This document shows positions 1-13,348 of a stretch of 64,000 bases of DNA, piece after piece. A program made the position numbers and the translations under genes. The stretch spans positions 1,798,001 to 1,862,000 of the forward strand of contig ML978125.1 of assembly GCA_010015805.1 (NCBI GenBank). Direction: 5' to 3'. Each line of letters opens with the position of its first letter. The first letter of the stretch is position 1. Under the pieces are notes generated by a model, which was not told the DNA's origin, did not search any database, and saw only the letters and a program-made list of their open reading frames with translations. This DNA is from Rhizodiscina lignyota. Its lineage: Eukaryota.

Positions 1-763
1 ACGGGTCGAGCAAAGTTTCGCAACAGCACATCTTTTGGGTCGACGAGAGATGAGACACAGACATTGCCATCGATGGATGCAGTCGCTATGTATATTGAAT
101 TAGATGGTGTTGCTGGGAGCGTAGGCTGCTGTCGCGGCGTCCTTGGTGACGCATTTACATTCGATTTGTGAGGCTGAGTGGGAGTCTGGGGTCGTGCTGG
201 GGAGCTCGTTGGTTCAGGACTGGGCCGGAGTGTGGATTCGCTCTTAGCATTCGGCCATGGCGGTGGGAAGGGCGATACTGAGACAGCAGTGATAGAAGCT
301 GAATGCGCCTTGTAGGTTCGTAGTTGCTGGAAGGTAGGGATCGTGATGACATGCTACTCGAGTCAACTCTATGCTTCGCATATACCTTGAAATGTAGCTT
401 ACGATATTTCCATTGTGCGTCCCTATAATCTATAAAAGGTTTAGTAGACGTTCCAGGCACTGTGCGCTCTCTACGTTCGAATTGAAAGGTTCAAAGTACC
501 ATCTTGTCTCCCGCAACTAGGGAGCTACTTGTTGCGTCGCCATTGCGATATATCGGCCCAAGAGTCCCAGTCAACCTGTTGTACTTGAGCTTCGGCTCAG
601 TCTCTTCCTCCTCTTCTTCCTCCTCATCCCGCTCGGTCCCATTCTGGATATCTGGGTCGTCTCGGTCGTCGGAAGCCTTGGATGGAGTGGCTGGAGGTTG
701 TAATGCTGGTGCAGGCAAGGCAGCGTTTTCATTCTTTCCTTCCGCGTCGTTTTCGGTAGTCAT
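1..763 (-). CDS. VPS41: Vacuolar protein sorting 41 (HOPS subunit), 5' part; the gene runs off the window start
   Basis: Exon 1 gives an acidic N-terminus then EPKLKYNRLT...GDATSSSLVAGDKM. The next small exon reads IIGTHNGNI, matching the Vps41 N-terminal beta-propeller start. GT-AG introns. Confidence 0.88.
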
Positions 764-980
764 GCTAAGCGCATGTTGGATCCGCCGAGCGCGCTCGAGT
801 TTGGAGCTCTCTCAGTCGAGATATTTAGAATGCGCCGTAAGTCGAGCTTGAAGCGGCTCGCCAATGAGGTCAGTGACGGAGCGAGACCCCCGACGCGTTC
901 CTCCGCAGCCGACAGAAATTTGGACCGCGAAGGTCTACTGTGGAAGTGACAACGCCCTGCAAACGGACTATATTTCCAAG

Positions 981-1696
981 ATGGTCAGTTTATTCAATCG
1001 GACACGACGGTTACGAACGGTAGGCAGTCATTGAAACATCTAGAGTGTTGTCCTGCGAATGCTAACACTTATACAGAAGGTACATGCTCCCAAACGCGAA
1101 GGTTTGAATTGGCGAGAGACTAATCAATTGGACAGCTCCTGGGCGTCCGACTTGGACCGGGAGCAGCAGTATTGCCCAAGGAGATATATAGGATCAATCT
1201 GCAGTTTGCAAAGAGTGTTGATGGTGGGCATATGGGTCCAAGGTGCGAATGATGCAGAGTTGTAGCAGTACATTGCTAACTACAACGTATGGCTCACAGA
1301 AAATTCTGGCGGAACATGCTTCCCAGATTAAAATACCACAACCCTACCGTCGACATGAATGTCGATCGAACAGTAGCAAATGACGGCCCAGCGACTTTGA
1401 CCCTGTTCTTCCACTCGCAATCCTCATCAACGCCAACAACGCCAGCCGAACAGACCGATCCTAATGCCATAACAAAAACAATAAACATGAAGAACAAGAC
1501 CGACACCGGCATCTGGGAAGAGTTCGTAACTCTTACGGACGCGAAGGCGGTGCGGCCAACAGAAGAGGATACACGATTGCTGCAGGAGCTCGCTGAGCAG
1601 AACACAGACAGCGCTGAGAATAGTGCAAGGCAGAAGGAGGAGAACAAGCGGATAAAGAGAGAGAGGCAGCTATTGCAAATGGTCAAACAAGATTAG
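981..1696 (+). CDS. MRP49: Mitochondrial large-subunit ribosomal protein Mrp49-like (L51/S25/CI-B8 domain), spliced
   Basis: MVSLFNRTRRLRT-K-LLGVRLGPGAAVLPKEI...GGHMGPR, then KFWRNMLPRLKYHNPTV. Divergent from VPS41 across ~220 bp. Confidence 0.8.
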
Positions 1697-2042
1697 CCGA
1701 AGTGTTTCTTGGGATACAAGCATTCGACGGAGTTCACATCGCCGTATATTGGGAGATACCAGGGTCATTGTGCATTAAAGGTAACATTCAGTGTATGGTA
1801 TTGTACTGTATAGCTCACAACACACTACAAGAAAGATCGTCGTCGTTGAAGTCTCTCACCAAATGGTCAGGCACCCAACCTTTGTGGATCTTCAGACTGG
1901 AACTACTTAGTCAAGGAGAGGCCTAAACGGCTTACCGGTTTCGATGTTCGATCTCCCATCCTTCCATCAATCGCTCGCTGCGTTCTTTCCATCTCTTCTC
2001 TCCATGCGCCGAACTCACATCAGCTGCCTTTCGGAATTGGCA

Positions 2043-3979
2043 TTATACCTTGTCTTCCTTGCCGACCACTACTGGAATTTCAACGGTAACTTGCTTCTCT
2101 TCAATTTGTCTCTCGAGCTCGTCAAGCCTGCTACCACCAAGAGCCTTGTTCGAGCGCCAAGCAGGAATGCCGGTGTCGAAGACCTCATCCATCTCCTCAA
2201 GCGTACGGCCCTTAGTTTCTGGGGCGGTGAGGAACATGTGGATGAAAGCAGCGCCATTGAAGGCGCCGAAGATCATGTACTGGTTAAGAGAGAACATTAA
2301 CCAATAATCCGTATTATGGCTTGGATTTAACTCACCATTTTCCAATTGATCGAACTCAAAAGCGGTGGTACTGCAAATGCGAGTGCAGTGTTCCATGCCC
2401 AACAAGACGCAGTAGCCAAGGATACGGCCTTAGCTCGGATCCTACTTGGGTAGATTTCAGCAGGGTACGTCCAACTGATTGGGCCCCACGAGGTTGCGAA
2501 AGCGGCAACAAAGATATACTAGATGCTTCATCAGCACGCGCCGTGATACTCGGGATGTTCGTCACTCACCGACACCGCAATTACTGCCTTGCCCTGAGCA
2601 GGCTTGTTGATCAGTTGCCAGGTGTTAGCAGATCCAGGTGGAGCAGGCTGTCCGTATGCGCCTTGGATAGAGCCGCTAATGAAGAGACAGGTCATCATCA
2701 TGAAAGCACCTGCCAACAGCGTCGGACGTCGTCCCCAACGATCAACGAACAGGATCGCTGGCAACGTGAGGACTGTGTTGATGACATATTGGATCGAGGA
2801 AGGCAGTAGTGGGTTAGTGATGCCTGCTCCCTGCATCACATAGACAATATAATACACTGCAAATTAGGTCAGCAAGGTTTACATTTTCATACTCGCTGAA
2901 ATGTCGGACTGACTAAGCACGTTCATCCCGGAGAGTTGCGACCACATCTGAACGCTCATTCCGAGGAAGACACGCCGAGCCATCTTCGGCTCCAACAGCT
3001 GTTGGTAGCTTGTCGTAGACTGCTGGCGTTCGAACTCGATGACCTCTCGGATTTCTTGAAGTTCGGCAAGGACCTTCGGATGCGATGTATCACCCTTGCC
3101 ATGCCTACATCAATGTATCAGTATCCTACTCAATTGCTTATGCGGTAGAGTGTTTACAAGTCTGCGAGGACTCGCACAGCATCATCCCAGCGGTCCTTTG
3201 ATGCCAACCATCGCGGAGATTTCGGAAACCAGATAAGGCCAATCAGGAGAATAAATGCCGGAATCATTTGAAGGCCCCAAGGAATCCGGAACGCTGCAGT
3301 GCTTTGAGTCGGATTTTTTGGACCGCCATCGATGAATGAAGCACCGTATTGGATGAAAAACTGAATTAAGATTCCCCATGTGATAGCCCATTGCTGCATT
3401 GAGATGATTCGGCCTCGGATCTCCTTGGGAGCAATTTCGGCTTGGTAGACTGGAGTTCTTCTTAGCATTTATCCTCGACGCAGTCGTAACATTAACTCAC
3501 TCGGGACAACAGAAGATGCGATACCAATGGACAAGCCGGCAATTACTCTCCCGGCACATAGCATACCAACATTTTGAGAGGCCGTTTGCAATCTTCGGCA
3601 TGTGGGTCAGTGGATGAGATAATCTTAATCTGGTGGAACTCCTGTGTCTTACATGGCACCAATGATCCAAATAACAGATGCGATTTGGATCGTGACCTTC
3701 CGAGAGTACTTGTCCGCCAAGAAAGAGGAAGCAAGAGCTCCAGCGAACGATCCAGCTGGCATCGAGGCTGTAATTCCGCCTTGTCGGTACGACAATGGGT
3801 TATTGAAATAGCGTATATAAGCCTGGGTGCCCAGGACGCCGCTCATGGAGCTGATGTCAAGACCAAACAACCCTCCACCTGTTTTTTGTCAGCATCTAAT
3901 CGCATATGTCGAGGATTATATTAGTCATTGTACCTATGGCGGCGAAGCCGCAAATCAAGTAGACGTTTGTCACAGTCAT
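2043..3979 (-). CDS. Sugar porter family MFS transporter, high-affinity glucose transporter (HGT1-like), multi-exon
   Basis: MTVTNVYLICGFAAIG / GGLFGLDISSMS / PVYQAEIAPKEIRGR...QQWAITWGILI / PKSPRWL / DRWGRR / PETKGRTLEEMD are sugar-porter signatures. Confidence 0.92.
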
Positions 3980-4404
3980 GATGACCTTTTGGCTTGCCTC
4001 TTCTCAATGAGAGTGGAGTTGAGGAACAGGTCGCCCGCCAAACCATCGTGAATATGTACATAATCACAGCCTTATATACACCGCCAGCTACATGTTGCCA
4101 GTTCGGTAGTGTCCCGAGGCGTTAACGAGTCGTGAGCGTGGAAAATTGCTCGATCCGTACTGGCATGGGAAGCATGTAAGACGATTACCGGAATTGGCGT
4201 CGAAACGGGATCTCCCCTCTGCCGAGATCTGGGGTAAAGAAACTCTGTTCTCCACCTGCCTCTCGCTGCCATTCCACCGAGCAAGCCAGCTTTGCAACGG
4301 CGAGGTGGTATTTAGGTGTTGCCTCTCCACACTCCTTCCCGGCAGCAGATGTTGTCCCAGCCTTCCGGGGCAGATTTCCCCCGCGGTTGAACAACGTCCT
4401 CACA

Positions 4405-6623
4405 ATGACCGAGTCTCAAGTCCAAGCAACAATAGGATGGTAAGTCATTCTTCTATGCTGCTGTACGATGTGTCGGATGAGTCAATTCAGGGCTGACAGA
4501 CAGCAGCAACTTCTGTCGCGATAACCATTACAAGTGTGGGTTGACATCTGCTTGTGCGGCCGCGTCGTGTCCGCATGCTGACATATTCAACTTTGAAGGC
4601 GAGCGCGCTCGACCAGACGCAGATTGCAAGCGGTGTCTGCGTGCCAAAAGAAAATGCGTCCGCAAGGATCGTTTGCGTATACGCCTGCACTCGTTTCCGG
4701 CAGAAGAAGGCCGCAGAAGATGGCTGCCGTTGCCTCGTGTCGGTAAGAATTTTCCACCATTTGATATTGACTTCGGGCTTTATTCCGGACATCGAAGAGG
4801 ACGATGAAGCATGCTAATCACCGCTATGTGCTGAAGTGGACTTTGTCGATGAGACGGCGCAGACTATACAGGAATATAAGGAAGAGTTCTCCAGGCAGGC
4901 CAGCTTACCACAACAGACCAGTCCAGCCAAGGAGACTCATCAAGATCATAACCCGACGTCTGAGCAAGATGTTTCATTGGCGTGGCCAACTCCACCTTCC
5001 ACGGACTTGCCTGCAAAAATCAGTGATTTAAGACGTACGGCCAGTTCTCCGTATGTCGGTTTCCGTGCCTTTGATCCTGTACGAGAGCTGCAGCAGCCCA
5101 GTGAACCGCTGCCTCTAAAGTCGGCACCATCTTCTATAAACGATGGTGCTGGTATCTATTCATACAGCTCTCCAACTTCTTCAAGGGTCCAATCAAGTAC
5201 CTTTGATGTAGACGCTCCAGACTCCTCTGTCTTCAGCAGCGTGATTTGTTGGCCGCTTACCTCACCCCTCGAGGCGTCTCTAATTCGTAACTTTGTGGAC
5301 AAGGTCTCCCACTTTGTATGTCTTAATCATCTGTTAGTCATTGAAGTTCGAGGGCATCTTTCAATAACCAATTCGCAGTTTGACTTTTGCGACAAACGTC
5401 GGAGATTCGCTCTTGATGTTCCTCAACATGCTAGGACGAACTATACTCTATCAAGGGCAATGTTTGCCTTGTCGGCACGACACTTGAGTCTCATCTCCGA
5501 ATTCGACACATACATCGCCAATCAGTATCAACAACAATGCCTCGAGTCTCTGATTCCACTGTTGGACGAGCCGGACACACTGGCAGACGAAGCACTGCTG
5601 GCGGCTCTAGTAATTCTGCGACTTCTTGAAGAACTGGACGGTATGTTTGCCGCGAAAATTTGAAGGAATGACCATCTCATTGCAATTCCAGTATCAATCG
5701 CGGGATCGGACAAGCACGAGCACCTCCTCGGAACTCAGGCAATCATCGCAGCGCAGAAGCATCACATCATGTCGTCTGGACTTCGTGAAGCTGCGTTCTG
5801 GGCTGCCCTTAGGCAAGAGCTCTACGTCTCAACCACAACACACAGGCCGCCCCGTCTACGAATTGAGGCTGCGGCCCTCGACAGCACATTTGCGAATGCA
5901 GATGATTGGGACTGGTCTCGTTGGACCATCGCACATTGTTGTGAGGTGCTCGACTTTGCGTTTGGTCCACAATCAAATTCAACGGCTCGCTTTGAGGAAG
6001 TGATGGCCGATAACAAGAGATGGAATACCGCAAAGCCGTCCACTTTTGACCCCTACTACCAGAATAATGAAGTCAATCTCTTTGAGATGTTCCCGGACGT
6101 GAGATATCAATCTGCGTGGCATGGTGAGTGAAGCAAGATGACACGTTTGTTCTCAGTTGACAGACATTCTAGTTATGGGCGTCCAGTATCATCTGCTGGC
6201 CCACCTGCTACTAATAATTCACAATCCAAACATTCCGAGTGTGGGGCCAGCACGGAGGAGTGCTCTGCAGAAGGTAGATGTATGTGCTTTCGCTATCCAA
6301 TATGGGATTTGGTGATTTGCTGACTCCACTAGGCGGCTGTTCGAAGCGACATCTGTAGAATGAGTGGGATCGGGTACTCGAACTCTCATACCCCCGCAGC
6401 AATGATTGTAGCTTGCTTAGGAATTGCTCTCTGTATGCACAATACTGCCTTCCATGTGGAAAACGCCGCTAATTTCATTTCGTTAACAGGCGGCGATCGG
6501 TTCCCTAACCGCCAAGATCAGGAGAAGCTCCACGACGTTCAGATATACACGGAGAAGACCATTGGCTGGCCGACCTCGACCATTCGAGCCCAGCTAAGAG
6601 AAACTTGGGAATGGAACGCGTAA
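4405..6623 (+). CDS. Zn2Cys6-type fungal transcription factor (ArcA-like), multi-exon; start approximate
   Basis: Split Cys cluster (FCRDNHYKC...ERARPDADCKRCLRAKRKCVR). Downstream FDFCDKRRRFALDVP, AMFALSARH, LLAALVILRLLEE and GLREAAFWAALRQELY motifs. Confidence 0.8.
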
Positions 6624-6833
6624 TAATACTGTAGTGTGTTCAGCCTTTCTGGCTTTGAGTTGATGATTGAATCGCTCTGTCAGAAGATGTGGCAGAGTGA
6701 ATACGTCATACTAGGTACGTTAACTGCGGCAATCGACGTTTTCGTTGCGTTAAAACAACACCCTTCTCCAATTCCAAGGAGAGGGACTCCCAACCCGCTA
6801 TGCAAGCAAGTATGCAGGGTATCTCAAAACCCA

Positions 6834-7974
6834 TCAATATCCCTTCCCAGCAGCCTGCTGCTTGTTGATTTCCTGTCTGAAAGCATTACCAGCACGCTGT
6901 TGTCTTGTCCCATTTTCATCTTCACTAACCAGGCTTCCCAGGCTCACGTCGTCTCCCGCATGAGACTTGTCGATTCTAATCGCAGGGCTGTGCGAGAAGT
7001 TCCGCACAGGGGCCGGGGATATCTCATCCTCGTCGCGATATTCTTGCCCGGGGTACATCTCGCGCTCCTCTAAACGGATATTGCCCTTCTTCATACCCAG
7101 ACGCTGGCGTCGACTCTTCCGCGAAACATAGCCACGCCTGCGACTCATGATGTTGCCAAGTCCTATCATGCGTTGCTTGCGCATCCCTAAGCACAAGCCA
7201 AAAACCACGAGCGCACAGAAGCCAAGGCTGACTGGGAGTCCGACTAGGAGACCCAGCTTATTCGGAACCTTTGTTGGTGGAGGTGGTTGGAGATGCTCGA
7301 CTGGTTTGTTTGTCAACAATATATTTGGCCCATCAAAAAACGATGCCTTCTTGTCGGCCGCCGAATCGAATTCGCTTGCGACGAAGGTCAGGTTGTTGCT
7401 GGTGTTTATACTAGATCCCAGGAATTCTTTCTTCATCGTTATAGTTGCGTAGCCTATCTCGTTCGGGATGCGCTCCGAGGACCAAGCCTGGGTGTTCGTG
7501 TTGTTCAGATATTGGAGAATGACCGTGATGCTTGAATTCGCGGTGAAAGATGCCGGGTCCCAGGTCACATAGTAGGTATCACCAATGTACACAGTTGTAC
7601 TGTTCTCCGGAAGGCAGAAAGGGCCAGTTGTGGGCTTGTTGCACTGAGGGAAGTAGGAGCTCGCTGGGAGTGGACCGCCTGTTGAAGTAGTACTGGAGCT
7701 TGTAGTAGGAGAGGATGAATCTGTCGGTTTCCCATCTTCGGCCGTGGTTGTTGGTACAGATACGTCAACTGTGGTCGCCTTTCCACTTATTGTCGTCTGA
7801 ACCAAGGCGGCAGTGGGTTTTGAAGTTGATTCCGAGGTTGAAGGTGATGCTAAGTAGTTGTCAGCTGGCTGATCAGGATATCCAATATTGATACTCACAG
7901 TCTCTCTTTTCAACTGGATTGGCCTGTATTGCTGACGAGAGGCATGCCGCCGTGAATAGGAGCGAGACGCGCAT
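6834..7974 (-). CDS. Type I membrane glycoprotein, Psg1/YKL077W-like (signal peptide, S/T-rich region, single TM)
   Basis: Signal peptide MRVSLLFTAACLSSAIQANPVEKR, one intron, S/T-rich stretch, FCLPENSTTVYIGDTYYVTWDP, TM LLVGLPVSLGFCALVVFGLCLGM, basic tail. Confidence 0.65.
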
Positions 7975-8511
7975 CTTGGAGGGTTTGGCGTTTTGGACGC
8001 GTCGAAACTGAATATTTGTGAGATATAGTCTCGGTGCAACTCGTATAATGCTCAATTGATGATCAGTTCGTTCGCACAATGTCCAGCCAGCCGGAATGAA
8101 GTGAGTTGAAGCTGCCCCTGAAGTGGCTTCAGAGAAGTTTCAACTTTCGGTGGCCTGGTCGTTGTCCCTCGAAATTGCTCGGGCCCAAGCTCCAGGCGAC
8201 GGTAAACACATCTCCGCGCGAGTCATGATGCACCTCCCCAAGAAAGCTGCTTGCATCATCGTTTACCTGCTACCTGTTCTCAACACCACCCCTCCTTCCA
8301 TTCACCTGCGCATATCATTTGGCTTCTTCTTTTGTATTTCGATTGCGATTCGCTTCGACGATACACTGTCCTTCCTTTGCATGTGAGTATGCACGTGTGC
8401 GCAGCACCATCGGCCCTCGTGCGTGATAATTGCATCTCGCTGACAGTAGATATCCAGATACAATCAAGGTGCTAGTGGAACATTCATAGTTATCCACTTG
8501 AATCAGCCAAG

Positions 8512-9431
8512 ATGCGATTCACATCTACCCTCCTCCTGCTGCCCTCAATCGCCCTTGCGCAAGACCAGCAGCCGCTCGCCGACAAGGTAAAAGGCTGGTT
8601 CAAACAGGCGCAATCATACGTCCAATCAGTCCAATCTGCTGCTCCATCCATTCCAAAGGTCGAGGTTGAGGATCCAGTCGATGCCGCCGCTTCAGCAGCT
8701 GAGGCGAAACTTGTTCATCACTTGACCCTCGACAACTGGCAGGGCATCCTACAACCTACTGCACAGTCGAACCCAGATGAGCCTGAAGAATGGATGGTGT
8801 TCATCAACGGGGCTAATAAGACGTGTTATGGGATGTGCGAGAGAGCCGATAAGGCGTGGAAGGTTAGTAGAGGGCCTTCATCCATTGAGAGGAACACAGA
8901 GTTAATTCGGGTTATAGGAAGCCGTTCCGCTTCTCTCCGCCCAGCCCAGTGGCCCACAATTGGCCTCGATCGATTGTGATGCCGAGCAGATCCTCTGCAA
9001 CTCCTGGGCTGTCGGGCCTCCGTCTATATACGTCATGTTGCTTCCACATGTTCTGCCCGACCAGACCAAGCCGCAGACAACAATCTACGCCGTACCTTTG
9101 AATCGGACCACCGTTACGGCAATGGACATCAACAACATCCACGCAAAGGAGGAGTACAAAAAACTTACTCCTTATGAGGGCTATTTCCATCCGTTCGACG
9201 GGCTTATCGCGCAGTACGGCCTAAGCGTTCCGCTGGCGCACCTTATGTGGGGTCTTGCGAAGATGCCGAGCTGGCTGCCTATGGTGGCGATTTCTCTGGG
9301 CACAAGAACGTTCATGTAAGTCTCATTGATGAATCTTGACACCTTGACTTGTATTGACTTGATTCTTCAGGGGCAGAAGGACGGGCCGCGGAAATCAGCC
9401 AGCACCGGCACAAGGTGGCGCAGCTCAGTAG
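8512..9431 (+). CDS. Conserved secreted/ER membrane protein with a thioredoxin-like fold, 3 exons
   Basis: Signal peptide MRFTSTLLLLPSIALA; LTLDNWQ..., EEWMVFINGANKTCYGMC, IDCDAEQILCNSWAVGPPSIY, PYEGYFHPFDG; C-terminal hydrophobic segment. Confidence 0.65.
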
Positions 9432-9912
9432 AATGCGAGGAATCTGGAAGATTAAATGCTGTGTAAATGTCTGAACGCCTTCAGGACCCAGACAGACGTG
9501 CTGCAGCTTTAGATGGATAGGTATCAGGCTGGGTATCAGGCTAGGTATTGGATGACCCAGGGCGAAAAGGACGACGTGCGCCCATCCCGTCTAGTCTCGT
9601 GGCACGCAGACTAGTTCGTGTAATAGACCCTTCTATTTATGTATTCAGATATATCAAGATGTTCTCCAAAATTATGGTTTGATCCGATGAATCCTTCGAA
9701 CTGCACTATTTGCTTCTTAGGGTTAGGGTCATCCAATTCAGAAGCACGATAGCTGCTCTCCACAGATGATCACTGATCCAGATAACTGCTGACAACTTCC
9801 AGTATTCGCAAATTTCAAAGTAGTTTCTTTTCGATCTACTGAATATTTCTACGTACTGCGAAGTTTTCATTCCCTTTTCCCTTCTCTCGTACGCCCGGTA
9901 TTAGGTTCAGCA

Positions 9913-10996
9913 ATGTCTTCCAACAAAAAGCCTCGAGTCATCAGCCTCGGAATTCCCAAATTTGTCGGAGAAGAATTTCTATCGGAGTTCAAGAAAGACT
10001 TCGACTTTTTAGCACTAGATGCATACGACCGCAAGCAGACGATAGAGAATCTACCAGCGGACATTCAAAAGAATGGACCCATTGACGCGCTTATCATCCG
10101 TATGGGTACTCCGCCATATGAGCCATTCGACGAGGAAATGCTAGGCTCCTTGACACCACATTGTCGCATCATTACGTCTGCTAGTGCGGGATTCAACGAG
10201 TTTGACGTCAAGTGGATGACGAGTCAGGGCATCTGGTTCTGCAATACTGTGGATGCGGTAGCCGAAGCGACAGCAGACATGGCAATCTTCTTGACCCTCG
10301 CTGTTCTGAGGGATACGAGCAGGTTTGAACGCAATGTCAGAAGTGGGGTTTGGAGAGGTGCTGGTTTTGCTCCGCCTCCCGATCCGTCTGGACTTAGAAT
10401 GGGGATTGTTGGGATGGGCGCTATTGGGAAGGTAAGATGCCGGTTTTGACTACTTCTACAGGAGAAAGGCCTGACGTGTCTATCAAATGGTGTAGTATGT
10501 CGCGAAGAAAGCGGCCGTTTTCAATATCAAAGTCAGCTACTACAACAGGCGCCAATTACCGCCGGATCAGGAGGCGAAGTATGCTGCAACATACTGCAGC
10601 ACACTCCACGAATTACTCTCCTGTTCGGACATTATATCCATTAGCTGCCCTCTGAACGAAGAAACCACAGGATTAATCGGCCCCGAAGAGTTCGCCGCCA
10701 TGAAGGACGGCGCATTTCTCGTCAACACGGCACGAGGCGCGGTTATTCATGAAACTGCTTTGATTGAGGCCCTGAAATCTGGCAAGGTAGCACGAGCTGG
10801 ACTGGACGTCTTTTCCAATGAGCCAAATATTGATCCGTATTTCCTCACAAGCGACAAGGTCGTCATTCAGCCACACATGGGCGGTCTCACCAAGTTGGCA
10901 TTCCAGAAAGCGGAGAGAGAATGCTTTGAGAATATCAGAGCTTTGTATCAAACCGGACGACCAAATTCTCCGGTTGTTGAGATAAAGAATAAATGA
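9913..10996 (+). CDS. D-isomer-specific 2-hydroxyacid dehydrogenase (glyoxylate reductase-like), one intron
   Basis: SASAGFNEFDV, VAEATADMA, GIVGMGAIGK (NAD-binding), MKDGAFLVNTARGAVI, AGLDVF..EP, QPHMGG. Confidence 0.93.
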
Positions 10997-11642
10997 GTGT
11001 CTGGCGAGCATTACGGCATAGTCGATACTTGAGGATCTCGCAACGATCGACTTCTAAGTTCGCCGTAACATCCTCGGTCATTCCATACGAAATGGCGACT
11101 GCGATGCGAGTAGAAAGTGGAAATATAGCCAGGCTGCTATCCGTACATATGCTTGTAGTAATAAACACGCTTCAGGAGCAATTTTCGAACACATTTTATA
11201 TTGCGCGGACGCTAACCATTTTTGCACAACTGGCCCTTGTGACTGACTCACTCGTTGAGGTCGCCGACGTGTAAGCTTTCAGGACTCTCAACCTCACTCT
11301 ACTTGCCCCTCCTCTCCCGCCTGAGCTGTAACAATTTACGAAGAATCCAAATCACTCTTTATGTCAAAATACTTCTGCAGTTGGTTCTCGAGATGGCGCC
11401 TATAATTCCGTGGAACTTCTGTCCAGCTGCCGCTTTATCCGGGTAGAGGTATCCAGACCAGAGCCGCCAATCCGTGCGACCGGTCATGACGCCGCATCCA
11501 CTTGCACCAATGCCATGCAAAGTGAAGATTTTCGGCAAGTCTAATCCGTGACAATGATACTTCCGTAGGTATTTCTCTGTCTTCTATCAGCCTTCCTTCA
11601 TCTATTTAGATTTCACCGAGTCCCTCGAGCACTGCCGCAACA

Positions 11643-13305
11643 ATGTCGAGCTCCGAGTACAGCGCGGACGAAAAGCTGCCCTCAGACAAGGATCTGGAGA
11701 AGAATGTTGTGAATGTAGAAAAGAGGTCTGTGGATCTTGATAAGAGCTCCGTGGACTTGGAGAAAGGACCACCTCCAATTCTCGAGGATGTTGAGGGCAT
11801 CAGGGATGAGCCATTGGCCCGACATGAGACTGATGTCGCACATCTAATGAACCTCGGTGAGGGTATTGTGGGGTGGGACTCTCGACAGGACCCTCAAAAT
11901 CCACTGTGAGTGCAGCATAGCAGCACTGTGTGAGGTTCTGAAGCTGATGCTCTTGTTCAGCAACTGGCCAGCACCCAAGCGACGGATTGTGATGGCGCTC
12001 ATCAGCATGATCACGTTCTGCAGTCCTCTAGGCTCTTCCATTTTCGCCCCTGGAATTACATACACTATGGCTGAGCTTCACGAAACTTCACAAGCAATCG
12101 GATCCCTTATGATTACGATATATCTCCTCGGCTATGCACTTGGGCCGCTTTTCCTTTCACCGCTGAGCGAGATCTACGGCCGATATATCGTCATCGTAAT
12201 TTCTACATGGACCTTTAATGTATTCCTCTTGGGATGTGGCTTTGTGCACAGCATGCCAGGCTTGATAGTCCTGCGATTGCTAGCTGGGACTGGAGGCTCC
12301 GCTGTCATGGCAATTGCCCCGGCCATCGTGGCGGACCTGTACCATATCGAACGCCGAGGTTTTGCAATGGGCATAGTGTTCATCATACAATGCCTCAGCC
12401 CAGCTATTGGACCAATCTGTGGAGGGTTCATTGCCCAGCAACTTGGATGGCGATGGGCGTATTGGATCCTGCTGATAGCCAGTGGAGTTGTTACGACTAT
12501 CATAACATTTGTCATGCCAGAATGCTATGCTCCAACAGTTCTGGACCGAAAGACGAAGCGACTCAGAAAGGAACTTGGCCGGAACGATCTCCGCTCAGTC
12601 CTAGCCCTTCCAGTGACCAAGGGGGAGCTGATGAAACGGAGCCTCATCCGTCCGATGAAGCTTCTCACGAGGTCACCTATCGTATTCTTGTTTTCGCTCT
12701 ATGTGGCCACAATTTACGGCATGCTCTATCTGTGTTTCACAACGATACCATCGGTCTACTCTGACCAGTATGGATGGTCTATCGAGTTCACAGGCCTGGT
12801 CTACATCAGCTTTGGCATCGGCATGTTTTGTTCGCTGCTCGTCATCATGAAGACAAGTGATTCCACGATGATAAAGATGCGCAAGAAGAATGGTGGAGTC
12901 TTCGAACCCGAGATGCGCCTGCCATACACCATCTACTTCGCAGTTCTTACGGGGCCGGGACTGTTAGTCTACGGCTGGACAGCAGACAAACACGTGCACT
13001 GGATAGTTCCGATGTTGGGGCTGATACCTTTCGGTTTCGGGATGGTTGGCCTGTTCACCTCCTGCCAGACTTACATCGTCGATTCGTTCACGCGCTATGC
13101 GGCATCTGCCATAGCCGCAACGACGTGCCTGCGTTCACTCGTCGGTGCATTTCTTCCTTTTGCAGGACCTCCATTATTCGCGTCGCTGGGTCTTGGATGG
13201 GGTAATACTCTTCTGGGTGGGATTGCAATAATCATGTGTCCCTTACCAGTACTCTTCTACAAATATGGACGTATTGTACGGGAAAGATTTCCCGTAGAGC
13301 TGTAG
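11643..13305 (+). CDS. MFS drug:H+ antiporter (DHA1 family), one intron
   Basis: WDSRQDPQNPL/NWP, GPLFLSPLSEIYGR, GPICGGFI, LGWRWAYW, PEMRLP, YIVDSFTRYAASAIAA, LGLGWGNTLLG. Confidence 0.93.
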
Positions 13306-13334
13306 CGCTAGATCTTTATTAAATACTATCATTC
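13183..13334 (+). repeat. Left copy of an imperfect ~150-bp direct repeat (last ~40 codons, stop and proximal 3'UTR of the DHA1 gene)
   Basis: ctgggtcttggatgg...ttctacaaat..gg...ttgtacgg...gtagagct.tagcgctagatctt..t.aaa.act.t.attc recurs at 15250-15412. Confidence 0.9.
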
Positions 13335-13348
13335 AGGGAGATCATGAG

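Noticed and set aside
9519..9550. Three 12-bp ggtatcaggct[g/a] tandem units in a 3'UTR
   Set aside because: Ordinary short slippage repeat with no further structure.
9716..9729. TTAGGGTTAGGG telomere-like hexamers (also CCCTAACCCT near 26433)
   Set aside because: Only two units each, which is compatible with chance.
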